The notes under the pieces were generated by a model. It made no database searches. It was not told where the DNA came from and saw nothing but the letters and a program-made list of their open reading frames with translations. From a virus (lineage: Duplodnaviria; Caudoviricetes), in IMG/VR virus record IMGVR_UViG_3300036806_000054, positions 1-54,811 of that record: 54,811 bases of DNA; one strand, 5' to 3'. The position numbers were made by a program, and so were the translations under genes. The stretch's first letter is position 1; every line of letters starts with the position of its first letter. Shown one piece after another: positions 37,863 to 46,386 of this stretch.

Positions 37863-38948
37863 CTATTTTCCGGCCTTCCTTCGGTTGTCGTCTTTACAAA
37901 GCATCTGACAATTCTGTTCTACTGTCTTGCCGCCTTCTCGCCACGGCTTGATGTGGTCGCCTTCCATTTCAGACACCTCGTAGTGTTTTCGACACTTCGG
38001 ACAAATGCCCTTTTGCTTCTCGTAAACCTTCTGCTTCATTGAATCCGTGAACTGTCGGATTCCCAGATATTTTTCATCACGAGTAAGAATGTATGGATAG
38101 ATACCATTCTTCTTTTGGACATCATCGTCCGCGATGAGCTTGGCAGTCTCATCTTCAATCCTCTTCGTGTTAACGGGCTTGTCGTGAAACTGGTTATACA
38201 GCTTCCCCCAATCGACGGTCTTCATGAACTTTCTTTTCTTTGTAAAGGTAGCGTTGATCCAGTCGATGACACGTTTGTAATAGAGCCATAACTCATTGGC
38301 GTTTTGGTCGTGCTGGTGCTTCGCCATGTATTGCTCGATCTTTCCATCAGATTTCCAATCGATAGCAGTCTCAAGGAATTCTTGCCGGATAGGGCTTCCG
38401 GTAACGTAATCGCCTCCTATGACGTAGGCGGGACAGCCAGTCTTACTAAAATACCGTTTTGCGTCCGTCACCCAAGACCCGGAGTAAACGGCATTTCGCA
38501 ATTCCTGATCGGAGAGTTTTTCGCCTGCAATGTTGATTGTGCGAAACCAATCAAGCCTTTCACTGTCGCTTCCCGAACAGAGATAGACCATTAACTTGTA
38601 ATTAAGAATCTGCTCCTTCTTGTCCTTCGGTAAATTATGGAAGTAAATATTCTTGTAGGAAAAATCCCCGTTAACGTACTGGCATACGGAGATTGTCCGC
38701 TGTTGCCCGTCGATGACTTCAAAGTTCCCATCGTCACGAACTGCCCAATACATCACGTTCAACGGAAAGTTATTTTGAATCGTATTTATGACCGCGTCGC
38801 GCTGTTTGTCTTTGTAGATGAACTCGCGTTGATAAGGCGGACGAATATCGAGCTTGCCGCCATACCCAACAACTCCACCTTCGGCAGGCTTTTCTTCAAA
38901 TTCTTTTGCTAACTCGCGTACCGTAATCTCTTTAAGTTCGATCTTCAT
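37863..38948 (-). CDS. DUF262 (ParB/GmrS-like) + HNH endonuclease
   Basis: RPPYQREF, IDGQQR, F..IN..G..L..QELRNA; C-terminal C..C...DHI.PW..GGKT...N.QMLC...NRRK. Confidence 0.92.
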   Translation of the reverse strand: MKIELKEITVRELAKEFEEKPAEGGVVGYGGKLDIRPPYQREFIYKDKQRDAVINTIQNNFPLNVMYWAVRDDGNFEVIDGQQRTISVCQYVNGDFSYKNIYFHNLPKDKKEQILNYKLMVYLCSGSDSERLDWFRTINIAGEKLSDQELRNAVYSGSWVTDAKRYFSKTGCPAYVIGGDYVTGSPIRQEFLETAIDWKSDGKIEQYMAKHQHDQNANELWLYYKRVIDWINATFTKKRKFMKTVDWGKLYNQFHDKPVNTKRIEDETAKLIADDDVQKKNGIYPYILTRDEKYLGIRQFTDSMKQKVYEKQKGICPKCRKHYEVSEMEGDHIKPWREGGKTVEQNCQMLCKDDNRRKAGK

Positions 38949-39979
38949 TTGGTTTTTCTTTTGATGACAATGCGCTTATACAACGGTCTCTTATTCACCA
39001 CCGGGCCGTTCCAAAGAATTGTTCGACCATTTGAAATCGTTTCAGTCTTAATAGCACCAAGTTCCTCGCCATGTTCACCAGCATTGAAACTTCCAATAAT
39101 CTGGAACTGCTTCGGGTTGTATTTTTCCAAAAAAGTGATCGGAACACCCATCAAACCTTGAAAATCCATCGGGATGTCTTTTGTTTTTGAAACTTCAATG
39201 GCATCAAAGTTATCGTATGTTGGAAATTCGATTTCGTTATAAGTTTTATAAAGAATCAATTCTTCGTGTCTCTTGCTTATATCAAGATTTGTAAACCAAC
39301 AAGTATTATTGCTTGAGACAATTCGGTTCCCGTCTTCATCAATGCGGGCTTCAGTACCGTGCAAAGGATAATGTTTAGGAACGATAAAACCTGAAAAGTT
39401 ACGATTACTATTTATCCCTATCCAGAGCTTATCTTCCTTTATCAACGTGAACGTTTCCTTGTAAGTGACTGCATTCCAAGTTCCGACGACAAGAAACTTT
39501 TTATGGTACTTAGCTAACTGCGTGACGTATTCTCTAAACAGCGAGAATGGTGGGTTTGTGACAACGATATCAGATTGTTCCAGGAGTTCGATGCACTCTT
39601 TGCTGCGAAAATCCCCATCGCCGTCGAGGTGTTTGATGCCAATCTCATCGGGGCTGGGAACTCGATCACCGTCCTTGTCGCCTGTGTATTCAAGCCAAAC
39701 TGCTTTATCGGATTTGTGTTCGCTGAAGATGTTCGGTTGGCTATTCTTGTAACAGGTGGTGATGAGCTTTTTCAGCCCTAGCTTTTCGAAATTCTGCGAA
39801 AAATAAACGAAGAAATTGCTAACCCACGGATCGTCGCAGTTACAAAAAACAACCTTGCCTTTGAAGTGCTTTTTGTAGTGTTTGAGTTCCCTTTCGACAT
39901 CGGGAAGCCGAGTATAAAACTCATCATTTTTTGCTACTCTTGCGGCGTGTAAATCTTTATTCGTTGCTTTTCTCGCCAT
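38945..39979 (-). CDS. Adenine-specific DNA methyltransferase, EcoRI family
   Basis: KNDEFYT, CNCDDP, GDFRS.EC, TNPPFSLFREY, and MGVPITF motifs. Confidence 0.93.
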   Translation of the reverse strand: MARKATNKDLHAARVAKNDEFYTRLPDVERELKHYKKHFKGKVVFCNCDDPWVSNFFVYFSQNFEKLGLKKLITTCYKNSQPNIFSEHKSDKAVWLEYTGDKDGDRVPSPDEIGIKHLDGDGDFRSKECIELLEQSDIVVTNPPFSLFREYVTQLAKYHKKFLVVGTWNAVTYKETFTLIKEDKLWIGINSNRNFSGFIVPKHYPLHGTEARIDEDGNRIVSSNNTCWFTNLDISKRHEELILYKTYNEIEFPTYDNFDAIEVSKTKDIPMDFQGLMGVPITFLEKYNPKQFQIIGSFNAGEHGEELGAIKTETISNGRTILWNGPVVNKRPLYKRIVIKRKTK

Positions 39980-39982
39980 CTG

Positions 39983-40138
39983 TTACGCGGCTCTCTTTTT
40001 CCTTGCGGCCTTCTGCTTGTCGTACTTCGCTTTCTGTTGGTCGATCTCTTTCTTAGGAACGGCCATTAGTCGCCGCGTGAAGTCCTCGAAGCGTTTGAAT
40101 TCTTCGGATGGCGGTTTAGCTATCTTAGGTTTTTTCAT
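39983..40138 (-). CDS. Small basic IS1595 passenger protein (51 aa)
   Basis: MKKPKIAKPPSEEFKRFEDFTRRLMAVPKKEID...; ATGA-coupled. Confidence 0.65.
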   Translation of the reverse strand: MKKPKIAKPPSEEFKRFEDFTRRLMAVPKKEIDQQKAKYDKQKAARKKRAA

Positions 40139-41709
40139 TCGTCCTCCGAACTCTCTGCGGTATTTAGCAAATATCTAGCCTGCGGATCAACCTTTAGACT
40201 CGTGCGCCTTTTATCTTTGAGTATTCCCTTTTTCTTCAAGCCTTCAAGTAATCGCTTTGAGGCGGGCCAAGTTTTTTGAGTGAGCCGCTGAAGATCACTT
40301 ACGCTTATCGCGCCATGTTCGGCAGCGAAGTTTATCGCCCGTCGTTCATCTTGAGCAAGGGTCTTAAATATAGCTTCGCCCACGACGGCCATTGCATCCG
40401 CGTCCAGTAAGGCTTTCCTTTGCTTATAGGCGTTGCGTAATATTACCTGAACCTGAACATCGCCTTTTTGTCGTTGGCGGAATTCTGGCTTCGGTAATTC
40501 CATTGCGGCCATTGAATCGCGTATACGCCGCGCACCTTCACGAGCAGCGCGCGCATATCCCAGATATATCATTACGTCCATCAAATGTGGATTGCGCGCG
40601 TGTTGTGTGAAATAGATATTGTCGGGATTAACGAGCGGAGGGAAAGCGCCCGGACTGGTGATTTCTAGTCGATCTTCGAACATCCTTATTGCGACATACA
40701 TGTTGCGAATATTGTATGAGCGATGGGCGCACGCATTGACTAACGCTTCGAACCAAGCAGTTTTTGGATATTCCGGCTCAGTGTGGAACTTGTTGTCAGA
40801 GCCTAAGCGAGTAAACGTACGAATTTGAGAGTCAATAATTCGTACTGCTTCCTCAATTTGAAGCGGGATCGGGCCACTGTCAATCCAGTTATCTCTAATA
40901 GGATTCCATCGCTCGCCTGTTCCTTCCGTTTCCCCTTCGAAGCGAAGGAAGCGAATCTTACAACCTGGAAAAGCGCGTTGCGGATCTTTTGCAAACAATA
41001 GAGCGCAAGCATTATTTGGGATAAAGCCGTTTGGGGTTACTTTACCCAAGTGGCGCATCGCCAATAGTTCCTCGACGGAAATCTCTTCGCGTAGCTCTCT
41101 TGCTTTGTAAAAACTCGACGCATACGCTTGAATTAAATCGGTGAGAAAGTCTTGTGGATATTCGTAATCCGTAGGCTCTTGCTCGAAATCAATTTGTCCT
41201 CGATCTATTTCTAGTTCGCGAATTTCATATTCGTTAAGCTCTTTCTTTTCGTCACCTAATCGGACAAACGCCTTGTTCTTATTAGTGCGAACGAGCCTAC
41301 CCGCAGGCTTATAATGAACGTACATGAGAAGCACGTAATCGTGTTGGCCCTTCTCGTGTCGGAACGGAATACGTTTGGTTTCGCATCGCGCCTCCGAGCA
41401 ATAGGTACGTGCGGCCTTCTCAAGGTCATTTATATGTGACTGCTCTGCTTTTAGACATCCGCTGATTACTCCGTCATCCTCTATCCCGATGGCTATAAGG
41501 CCGCCATCTGGCGGTGAGTTGGCCCACATTGAGAGGTAGACGCCTAAGTAATCCGCTTGAATGCCAACTGGCTTCCGTTCAATTCGACGATCTTCGGCCA
41601 ATAGACGGAGCAACGAAGCATCGGCCTGTTCATAGATTTCAGACGCGGTGAGCAGCGCGGGCGATGGAATAGGCGGCTCAAAGGGTAGAAAAGTTTGGTC
41701 AGTCGCCAT
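40135..41709 (-). CDS. Schlafen/AlbA_2 + HATPase_c_4 (RecG C-terminal-like) + wHTH protein
   Basis: SMWAN...GG...IGIEDDG; YP..AWFEALVNACAHRSY; DRLEITSPG; RNP.L. Confidence 0.88.
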   Translation of the reverse strand: MATDQTFLPFEPPIPSPALLTASEIYEQADASLLRLLAEDRRIERKPVGIQADYLGVYLSMWANSPPDGGLIAIGIEDDGVISGCLKAEQSHINDLEKAARTYCSEARCETKRIPFRHEKGQHDYVLLMYVHYKPAGRLVRTNKNKAFVRLGDEKKELNEYEIRELEIDRGQIDFEQEPTDYEYPQDFLTDLIQAYASSFYKARELREEISVEELLAMRHLGKVTPNGFIPNNACALLFAKDPQRAFPGCKIRFLRFEGETEGTGERWNPIRDNWIDSGPIPLQIEEAVRIIDSQIRTFTRLGSDNKFHTEPEYPKTAWFEALVNACAHRSYNIRNMYVAIRMFEDRLEITSPGAFPPLVNPDNIYFTQHARNPHLMDVMIYLGYARAAREGARRIRDSMAAMELPKPEFRQRQKGDVQVQVILRNAYKQRKALLDADAMAVVGEAIFKTLAQDERRAINFAAEHGAISVSDLQRLTQKTWPASKRLLEGLKKKGILKDKRRTSLKVDPQARYLLNTAESSEDE

Positions 41710-41800
41710 GTGTTCATTTCAAAGGGCTTAGGTTACCCTTCGAAGCCCTTCGAAATTACATTGTCATCGTTTCCCGCGCCTTTGTCGAGTTAAGTGTTTT

Positions 41801-42690
41801 TCAGGCTTCGGAGGAACACTCGCCCGTCAATTCCTCGAACGTGAGGCGACGGCCAGTGAGACACTTGGCAACCTCCAAAAACCGATAGAGATCGTTTCCC
41901 ATGCGCTTGTTGAAGCGAAAACTTTGTTCATCGAGATAGCGGAAAAGGTGGAACGGCTCGACAGATACATACGTCCCTTTCAACGCTCGCTTTAAGAGAC
42001 TCCAAAAGTTTTCAATCGAGTTAGTGTGCACGTTTCCATCAACGTACTTTTCAGCATGGTCAATCACTTGGTGAATATATTGATCGGCCAATTCGTTGTA
42101 AGACTTGAGCGCGTCAGAGTAAACATGCGCTCCGGCTTCGACGTGTTCGCGGACAGAACCATCAAGCGATTTGCGGCGACGATCTCCGACTACATGGACT
42201 CTCACTTCGCCGTGTCGTTCGAGCAATCCCATGACAGCGACCTTGCCATAACCGCCCGTGCCTTTGATCTTCCGCTCACGATCATGCTTGTGCATGAATC
42301 TCGCTTTTCCACCGATGAAAGTCTCATCAACTTCGACGTGGCCGCTCAGCTTCTCAAACGACTTCGCTTGCATCGCTAATCGGATTCTGTGAAGCAAGAA
42401 CCAAGCAGATTTTTGCGTAATGCCTAACGCTCTGTGAATCTCATAACTCGACACGCCGTTCTTCGCATTTACGATCATCCAAATCGCTGGCAACCATTTA
42501 TCTAAACCTATCGGACTATCTTCCATGACCGATCCGGTTTTGATGGTAAACTGCTTGCGACAGTCTTTGCTCTTGCATTGCCAGAGACGACGCTTGCCGA
42601 CCTTCATGAATTTGCAGTCGTTGTGATTACAGTGCGGACAGGTAACGCCTTCAGGCCAGCGGATCATTGCCATGAATTCAGTGCAGCGAT
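41801..42690 (-). pseudogene. IS1595-family transposase lacking its N-terminus and start
   Basis: RWPEGVTCPHC, VEVDETFIGG, HTNSIENFWSLLKR. The first residues of the ORF-track translation come from the antisense of the host gene. Confidence 0.8.
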
Positions 42691-42864
42691 AGCAGTTTAG
42701 AGTTAACACCAAAAGAAGGAATCGATAAGGATAAAGCCCTTCGACATATTAAGGCCATTATGGGTTCGTATCAGCCAAAGCATGAGCATAAAGAGGCTGC
42801 CGTGGCGTTTCTTTTTAATGAGTGGTTCGATGATGAGACGCACCAACGAACGGAACGTAAATGA
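42691..42864 (+). pseudogene. 3' fragment of the gene interrupted at 37644
   Basis: SSLELTPKEGIDKDKALRHIKAIMGSYQPKHEHKEAAVAFLFNEWF...; no start codon of its own; stop is coupled to 42861. Confidence 0.7.
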
Positions 42865-43058
42865 AACCACAAAGCCTACAAACACGAGACAGGCTCCAAG
42901 AGCGGCAAGAGAAAGCCTTGCGGAGCATTATCGAGGAGCGCGACCGGGAAAGCCGTAACGAGTGCGTATTCATGAGCTTTGGAGCTACGTCGCTAAACGA
43001 GACTGATACGTTACAGCGATACGATCGGATGCTTGAGGGGATGATTGGAAAGCAATGA
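42861..43058 (+). CDS. Hypothetical protein
   Basis: ATGA-coupled. Confidence 0.6.
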   Translation: MKPQSLQTRDRLQERQEKALRSIIEERDRESRNECVFMSFGATSLNETDTLQRYDRMLEGMIGKQ

Positions 43059-43225
43059 AACGAATCACTATAGGCGCAGCATCCTTCGTTTGCGGGTTTC
43101 TTATAGCAGCCGCCACATTCGGCCCCAATATCGATCTGGCAGGCAGGCTTTTTCTGGGCATGGTCGCGATTATACCAGCCGCCGTAGCATTTCTCACGAT
43201 GAGGGAGCTTCATGAGCGAAACTAA
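43055..43225 (+). CDS. Small two-TM membrane protein (56 aa)
   Basis: MKRITIGAASFVCGFLIAAATFG...RLFLGMVAIIPAAVAFL; ATGA-coupled. Confidence 0.6.
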   Translation: MKRITIGAASFVCGFLIAAATFGPNIDLAGRLFLGMVAIIPAAVAFLTMRELHERN

Positions 43226-43451
43226 ATCTCAATCCCAACTTATTCTGGCGCATCTCCAGTCAGGTGGTACGCTGACAGTCTTTGAAGCGATGTTTGAACC
43301 ATTTCGCTGTATGGCGTTGTCGCAAAGGTGTGGAAATCTCAAGCAGGATGGTTGGAACATCAAAAGTGAAATGGTGAAACTACCTTCGGGAAAACGAGTC
43401 GCGAGATATTCGATCCCGGCAGATAAGCAACGGCTTGATGCGGTACAATAG
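43212..43451 (+). CDS. Winged-HTH protein (HTH_39-like)
   Basis: SQ..LIL.HL..G..LT..EA....C..L.QR...LK..G..I...VARY. Confidence 0.8.
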   Translation: MSETKSQSQLILAHLQSGGTLTVFEAMFEPFRCMALSQRCGNLKQDGWNIKSEMVKLPSGKRVARYSIPADKQRLDAVQ

Positions 43452-43471
43452 TTCTTTGAAACGAATTCATT

Positions 43472-43654
43472 TTGTCTATGTTGGCGGCGTGGAGAATTGC
43501 AGACACGCAACACAGGGCGAAGCCGGGGTAACTGCCGGGGAAGGTAAAGCAATTTGTTAGCGCGGAAAGCCCGGATCGAAAGATCGCATTCTGCCTCTGG
43601 GGATCAACCAGCATCAAGGTCGCGCCGGGGTAGCGTCCGGCCCAGCATAGACAA
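43472..43654 (+). ncRNA. tRNA-like-shell ncRNA with long internal insert
   Basis: 13-bp terminal stem TTGTCTATGTTGG/CCAGCATAGACAA; D-like GCGTG..CACGC; T-like GCCGG..CCGGC next to the 3' strand. Confidence 0.6.
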
Positions 43655-43698
43655 TTCATTTTCAGCCTCAGATCGGATTTCCGAGAAGAGGTTGAGAA

Positions 43699-43799
43699 GT
43701 TGCGCGGCGTAACTCAGGGGAATTGACGTGCAATCCTGAGTGATACGCAACGGGTCGCGCTCGTTGCGATGCCGGAAACGATGGGATGCGTCGCGCAAC
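43699..43799 (+). ncRNA. Multibranch structured ncRNA
   Basis: 13-bp closing stem GTTGCGCGGCGTA/TGCGTCGCGCAAC enclosing ACTCAGG/CCTGAGT and CGCAACGGG/CTCGTTGCG hairpins. Confidence 0.55.
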
Positions 43800-43842
43800 A
43801 TTAATTTCTTTGAAGCTGTGTGAGCAGCATCTTAAAGTTGTT

Positions 43843-43938
43843 TGGCAAGTGGCGGAAATGGCAGACGCGCTGACGAACAGTGTTAGGCGGATTCGCGATG
43901 ATGCCTGACGATTGTAGGTTCGAGTCCTACCTTGCCAA
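43843..43938 (+). tRNA. Non-canonical tRNA-Leu-like gene (aberrant anticodon loop)
   Basis: Acceptor TGGCAAG/CTTGCCA+A; Leu-type D arm GGCGGAAATGGCAGACGC; T arm GTAGG-TTCGAGT-CCTAC; anticodon loop GAACAGT lacks U33. Confidence 0.6.
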
Positions 43939-43950
43939 TTCAATCTTGTA

Positions 43951-44158
43951 TCTTGCTGAGGAGGGAATTGACCAATGAGCTTAGGCCGTCAAGGCACGCC
44001 GCCGCACATCTTTCAGCCTAGTGGATTGAAGGATAACAGAAATCGTGAAGTCTGCCGCCTATGTAAGCGACACAAGAGGGATCGCCGTAAACACACTTGT
44101 GCTGCCCTAGTGAGGGAGCGACCAAACGCATGAGGCGTCCGGCCCACCTTCAGCAAGA
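43951..44158 (+). ncRNA. ~210-nt structured ncRNA upstream of the HNH gene
   Basis: Closing stem TCTTGCTGAGG/CTTCAGCAAGA; internal hairpins CTTTCAG..TTGAAGG, CACAAG/CTTGTG and CCCT-AGTG-AGGG. Confidence 0.55.
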
Positions 44159-44176
44159 CGGGGCTAGGTTTTTACG

Positions 44177-44416
44177 ATGGGCAGATCACAAAGAGCATTT
44201 CGGCGGAGCCTTTGGCGAGAGAATTCGCGCTGTCATTGGTGCAACACAATAACATCGTTACGCGTGAAGCAGGGAACGCCCAACGAGGCGACTATTGACC
44301 ATCTTTACCCGCGTGGGGATTCGAGACGCAGGGATAGTGGACGAAGCATAACCCGCGAAAGCGTCGTTCTGGCGTGCTACAAATGTAACAACAATCGAGG
44401 CAATACGCGAATCTGA
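44177..44416 (+). CDS. Minimal HNH endonuclease
   Basis: CHWC...ATIDHLYP...VVLACYKCNNNRG. Confidence 0.88.
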   Translation: MGRSQRAFRRSLWRENSRCHWCNTITSLRVKQGTPNEATIDHLYPRGDSRRRDSGRSITRESVVLACYKCNNNRGNTRI

Positions 44417-44435
44417 ACCCTTTCATAAAAATGTG

Positions 44436-44636
44436 TTGCGGTAGCAGATGAAATGATGTAGAGTTCGACTGTTATTTTTGATCTTTTAGAGTTGCGCTTG
44501 ACAGCGCCCGTGGCAGCGGACATACTTTAGATGATAAAAGCCTTCAGTTATGAGGGCGTTTTGGACGCTATCTCGTCTATCATCCGAGAGAAACTGCCAA
44601 TGCGCCAAGCGTTCTCAGAACTGAGGGCTTTTCTTT
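44436..44636 (+). promoter_or_regulatory. Promoter and attenuator-like leader of the replication gene
   Basis: TTGCGG-17-TAGAGT; long hairpin 44536-44632 followed by a T-tract that runs into the TTG start. Confidence 0.6.
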
Positions 44637-45554
44637 TTGCCACGTTCCCCAAAACTCACTATCGTCGATGACGGCGATCCCAAAAAGTACTGGGCACAAG
44701 TTCCTAATATCGTTTGTGATCTGGGATTGCCCTCGCAAGCGTTGGCACTCTACTTACAAATCAAGCGCGTAGCGGGCGAAGGCGGAACTTGCTACAAGTC
44801 CACAAGAACACTCGCACTGGCATTAAAGGTCAGCACGGGCACGGTGGTTCGCGCGAAAGCTCTGCTTGAGCGAGACTGGCCACAACTCGGGAATAAGCCA
44901 TTAATACGCACCATAGAGAAGCCGAACCCGAGAGGAGGCAAACCCTACCATGAAATCAGAGTTACAGATATTTGGCACGCCAACATGAAAGCCTTTACAA
45001 GTGCCACTATTGAACTTGATAACCAAGTGCCAGAATTCGCAAGGCAAGTGCCAAGATCGAGAAAGCAAGTGCCAGAACCAAGTGCCACTATTGAACATAA
45101 GAATAACCCTCCTGAAGAAGAACCCAATAAGAAAACCCCACAAGAAGAAGTCTTTGAATTTTGGGTACTACACCTTAACCATCCGCGAGCAGTTTTTGAT
45201 GAAAAACGGCGTAAGGCCGTCGCCGCTCGCCTTCGTGACGGGTACTCCGTTGCTGATCTGATTCTCGCGGTGCGCGGCTGTAAACTTACGCCGCACAATA
45301 TGGGCGAAAACGATCGGCAGGAAATCTTTGATGACTTGGAATTAATTTGCAGAGACACGCCTCACGTTGAAAGATTTATTGCGCGCGTAGAAGTAGGAGT
45401 TAACGGAAATGGACACAAACCCAAAACAGCCTCAGAGCGAAACATTGCAAACCTTCGAGACGGGCTGGCACTCTTTTCGGGACGCGGTAGGCCGGATAAT
45501 CTTGAAGAGCCGCCTAGCTTCCTCGCTTCCAATTCCAACGGCAATGGAAAGTAA
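44637..45554 (+). CDS. Replication initiator (lambda O-like; N-terminal wHTH)
   Basis: QVPN...ALALY....G..G.CY.S..TLA; internal iterons; C-terminal VFEFW...R...V.ARL.DGYS..DL..A. Confidence 0.8.
   Translation: MPRSPKLTIVDDGDPKKYWAQVPNIVCDLGLPSQALALYLQIKRVAGEGGTCYKSTRTLALALKVSTGTVVRAKALLERDWPQLGNKPLIRTIEKPNPRGGKPYHEIRVTDIWHANMKAFTSATIELDNQVPEFARQVPRSRKQVPEPSATIEHKNNPPEEEPNKKTPQEEVFEFWVLHLNHPRAVFDEKRRKAVAARLRDGYSVADLILAVRGCKLTPHNMGENDRQEIFDDLELICRDTPHVERFIARVEVGVNGNGHKPKTASERNIANLRDGLALFSGRGRPDNLEEPPSFLASNSNGNGK
44998..45096 (+). repeat. Iterons (putative replication origin)
   Basis: CAAGTGCCA at 44998, 45024, 45045, 45066 and 45079. Confidence 0.8.
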
Positions 45555-45873
45555 TCTCATGGCGGAAGCGTGGGTAGAAGTGCTAGAACCTGTTATTCCC
45601 GAGTCGAGCCTAGAGGCGGCATATCTTCGCGCCGCGCAAGACAAGGGAAGCGGCTATCCACTGGCGGCAAGCGATTTAGTGCAAGGCTACCGCGCTAACT
45701 GTGATTCAGAACGTGCCGCGCCGCAAATCCCACAAACCGCAAACTTGCTTACGGGTGATGTTTGCAAGCGATGTTTCGGAACGGGATGGGAGCAGTATCG
45801 CGAGGGTGGATATGCCAACATGCGCAAGTGCGATCACGTCATTGACGACGAAGATATGTCAATGTTCGAGTAA
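45409..45873 (+). CDS. Putative helicase loader/replication accessory protein
   Basis: Overlaps the end of the initiator gene; C..C.GTGW...C motif; start uncertain. Confidence 0.6.
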   Translation: MDTNPKQPQSETLQTFETGWHSFRDAVGRIILKSRLASSLPIPTAMESNLMAEAWVEVLEPVIPESSLEAAYLRAAQDKGSGYPLAASDLVQGYRANCDSERAAPQIPQTANLLTGDVCKRCFGTGWEQYREGGYANMRKCDHVIDDEDMSMFE

Positions 45874-45906
45874 GGAATGCAACTCAAGAATTGAGGTAGA
45901 AGCCAA

Positions 45907-46272
45907 GTGATTGAATATCGTTGCCCTCGTTGCGAATCTCATTTACCCGAATCTGAATTCGGCGTTTGTCGAAGTAGAGCAACAGGCAGAAACTTATATG
46001 ACAAGAAGTGCGTTCGAGAGCAGATGGCCGCACGTCGCGCCAAACAGCAGCGCGCGAAACGCAAACCAAACAGGACAGCGCGGCCTATCTGGATGATGCC
46101 AAAAGCTGATCGAGTATGCACAGCGTTTCAGCGAGGCATCACAGATCGAGTCGAACTTCGCCGAGTGACTAGATTGACATGGGACGAGCTAACGGACGCT
46201 ATCGCCGTGCTGAATGATCAAAAAACAATTCGCTGGAATCGCAAACTAAGAGAATTTGAATACGCAGCATGA
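45907..46272 (+). CDS. Zn-ribbon + wHTH protein
   Basis: CPRC...P.SEF...G...Y.K.C. Confidence 0.65.
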   Translation: MIEYRCPRCESHLPESEFGVCRSRATGRNLYDKKCVREQMAARRAKQQRAKRKPNRTARPIWMMPKADRVCTAFQRGITDRVELRRVTRLTWDELTDAIAVLNDQKTIRWNRKLREFEYAA

Positions 46273-46386
46273 AGCACTTTAACTCACACAAAGTAACGAA
46301 ACGATCTGCTCCCTCTACGCTGGGAGTTGTCAGGACGGTAAATAGATAGCTGAGCGCGCAGTGATGATGATCAGAGAGGGGATGAA

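Larger units (their letters stand above)
37645..42690 (-). mobile_element. Truncated IS1595-family transposon with defence-like cargo
   Basis: TIR-like GGTAATAATATAGTTGAC at 37645. The other TIR and the transposase N-terminus are missing. The right boundary is approximate. Confidence 0.75.

Noticed and set aside
43472-43654. tmRNA gene
   Set aside because: It is only ~180 nt, lacks the GGGG 5' end, TTCGA T-loop and CCA, and shows no tag frame.
43360-43943. Minus-strand ORFs over the RNA array (43360..43659, 43604..43801, 43668..43943)
   Set aside because: They oppose the operon direction and have no motifs; the G-U pairs and tRNA features favour plus-strand RNA.
44998-45096. CRISPR-like array
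   Set aside because: The repeats are 9 bp with irregular short spacing inside a CDS, and there are no cas genes; they fit iterons.
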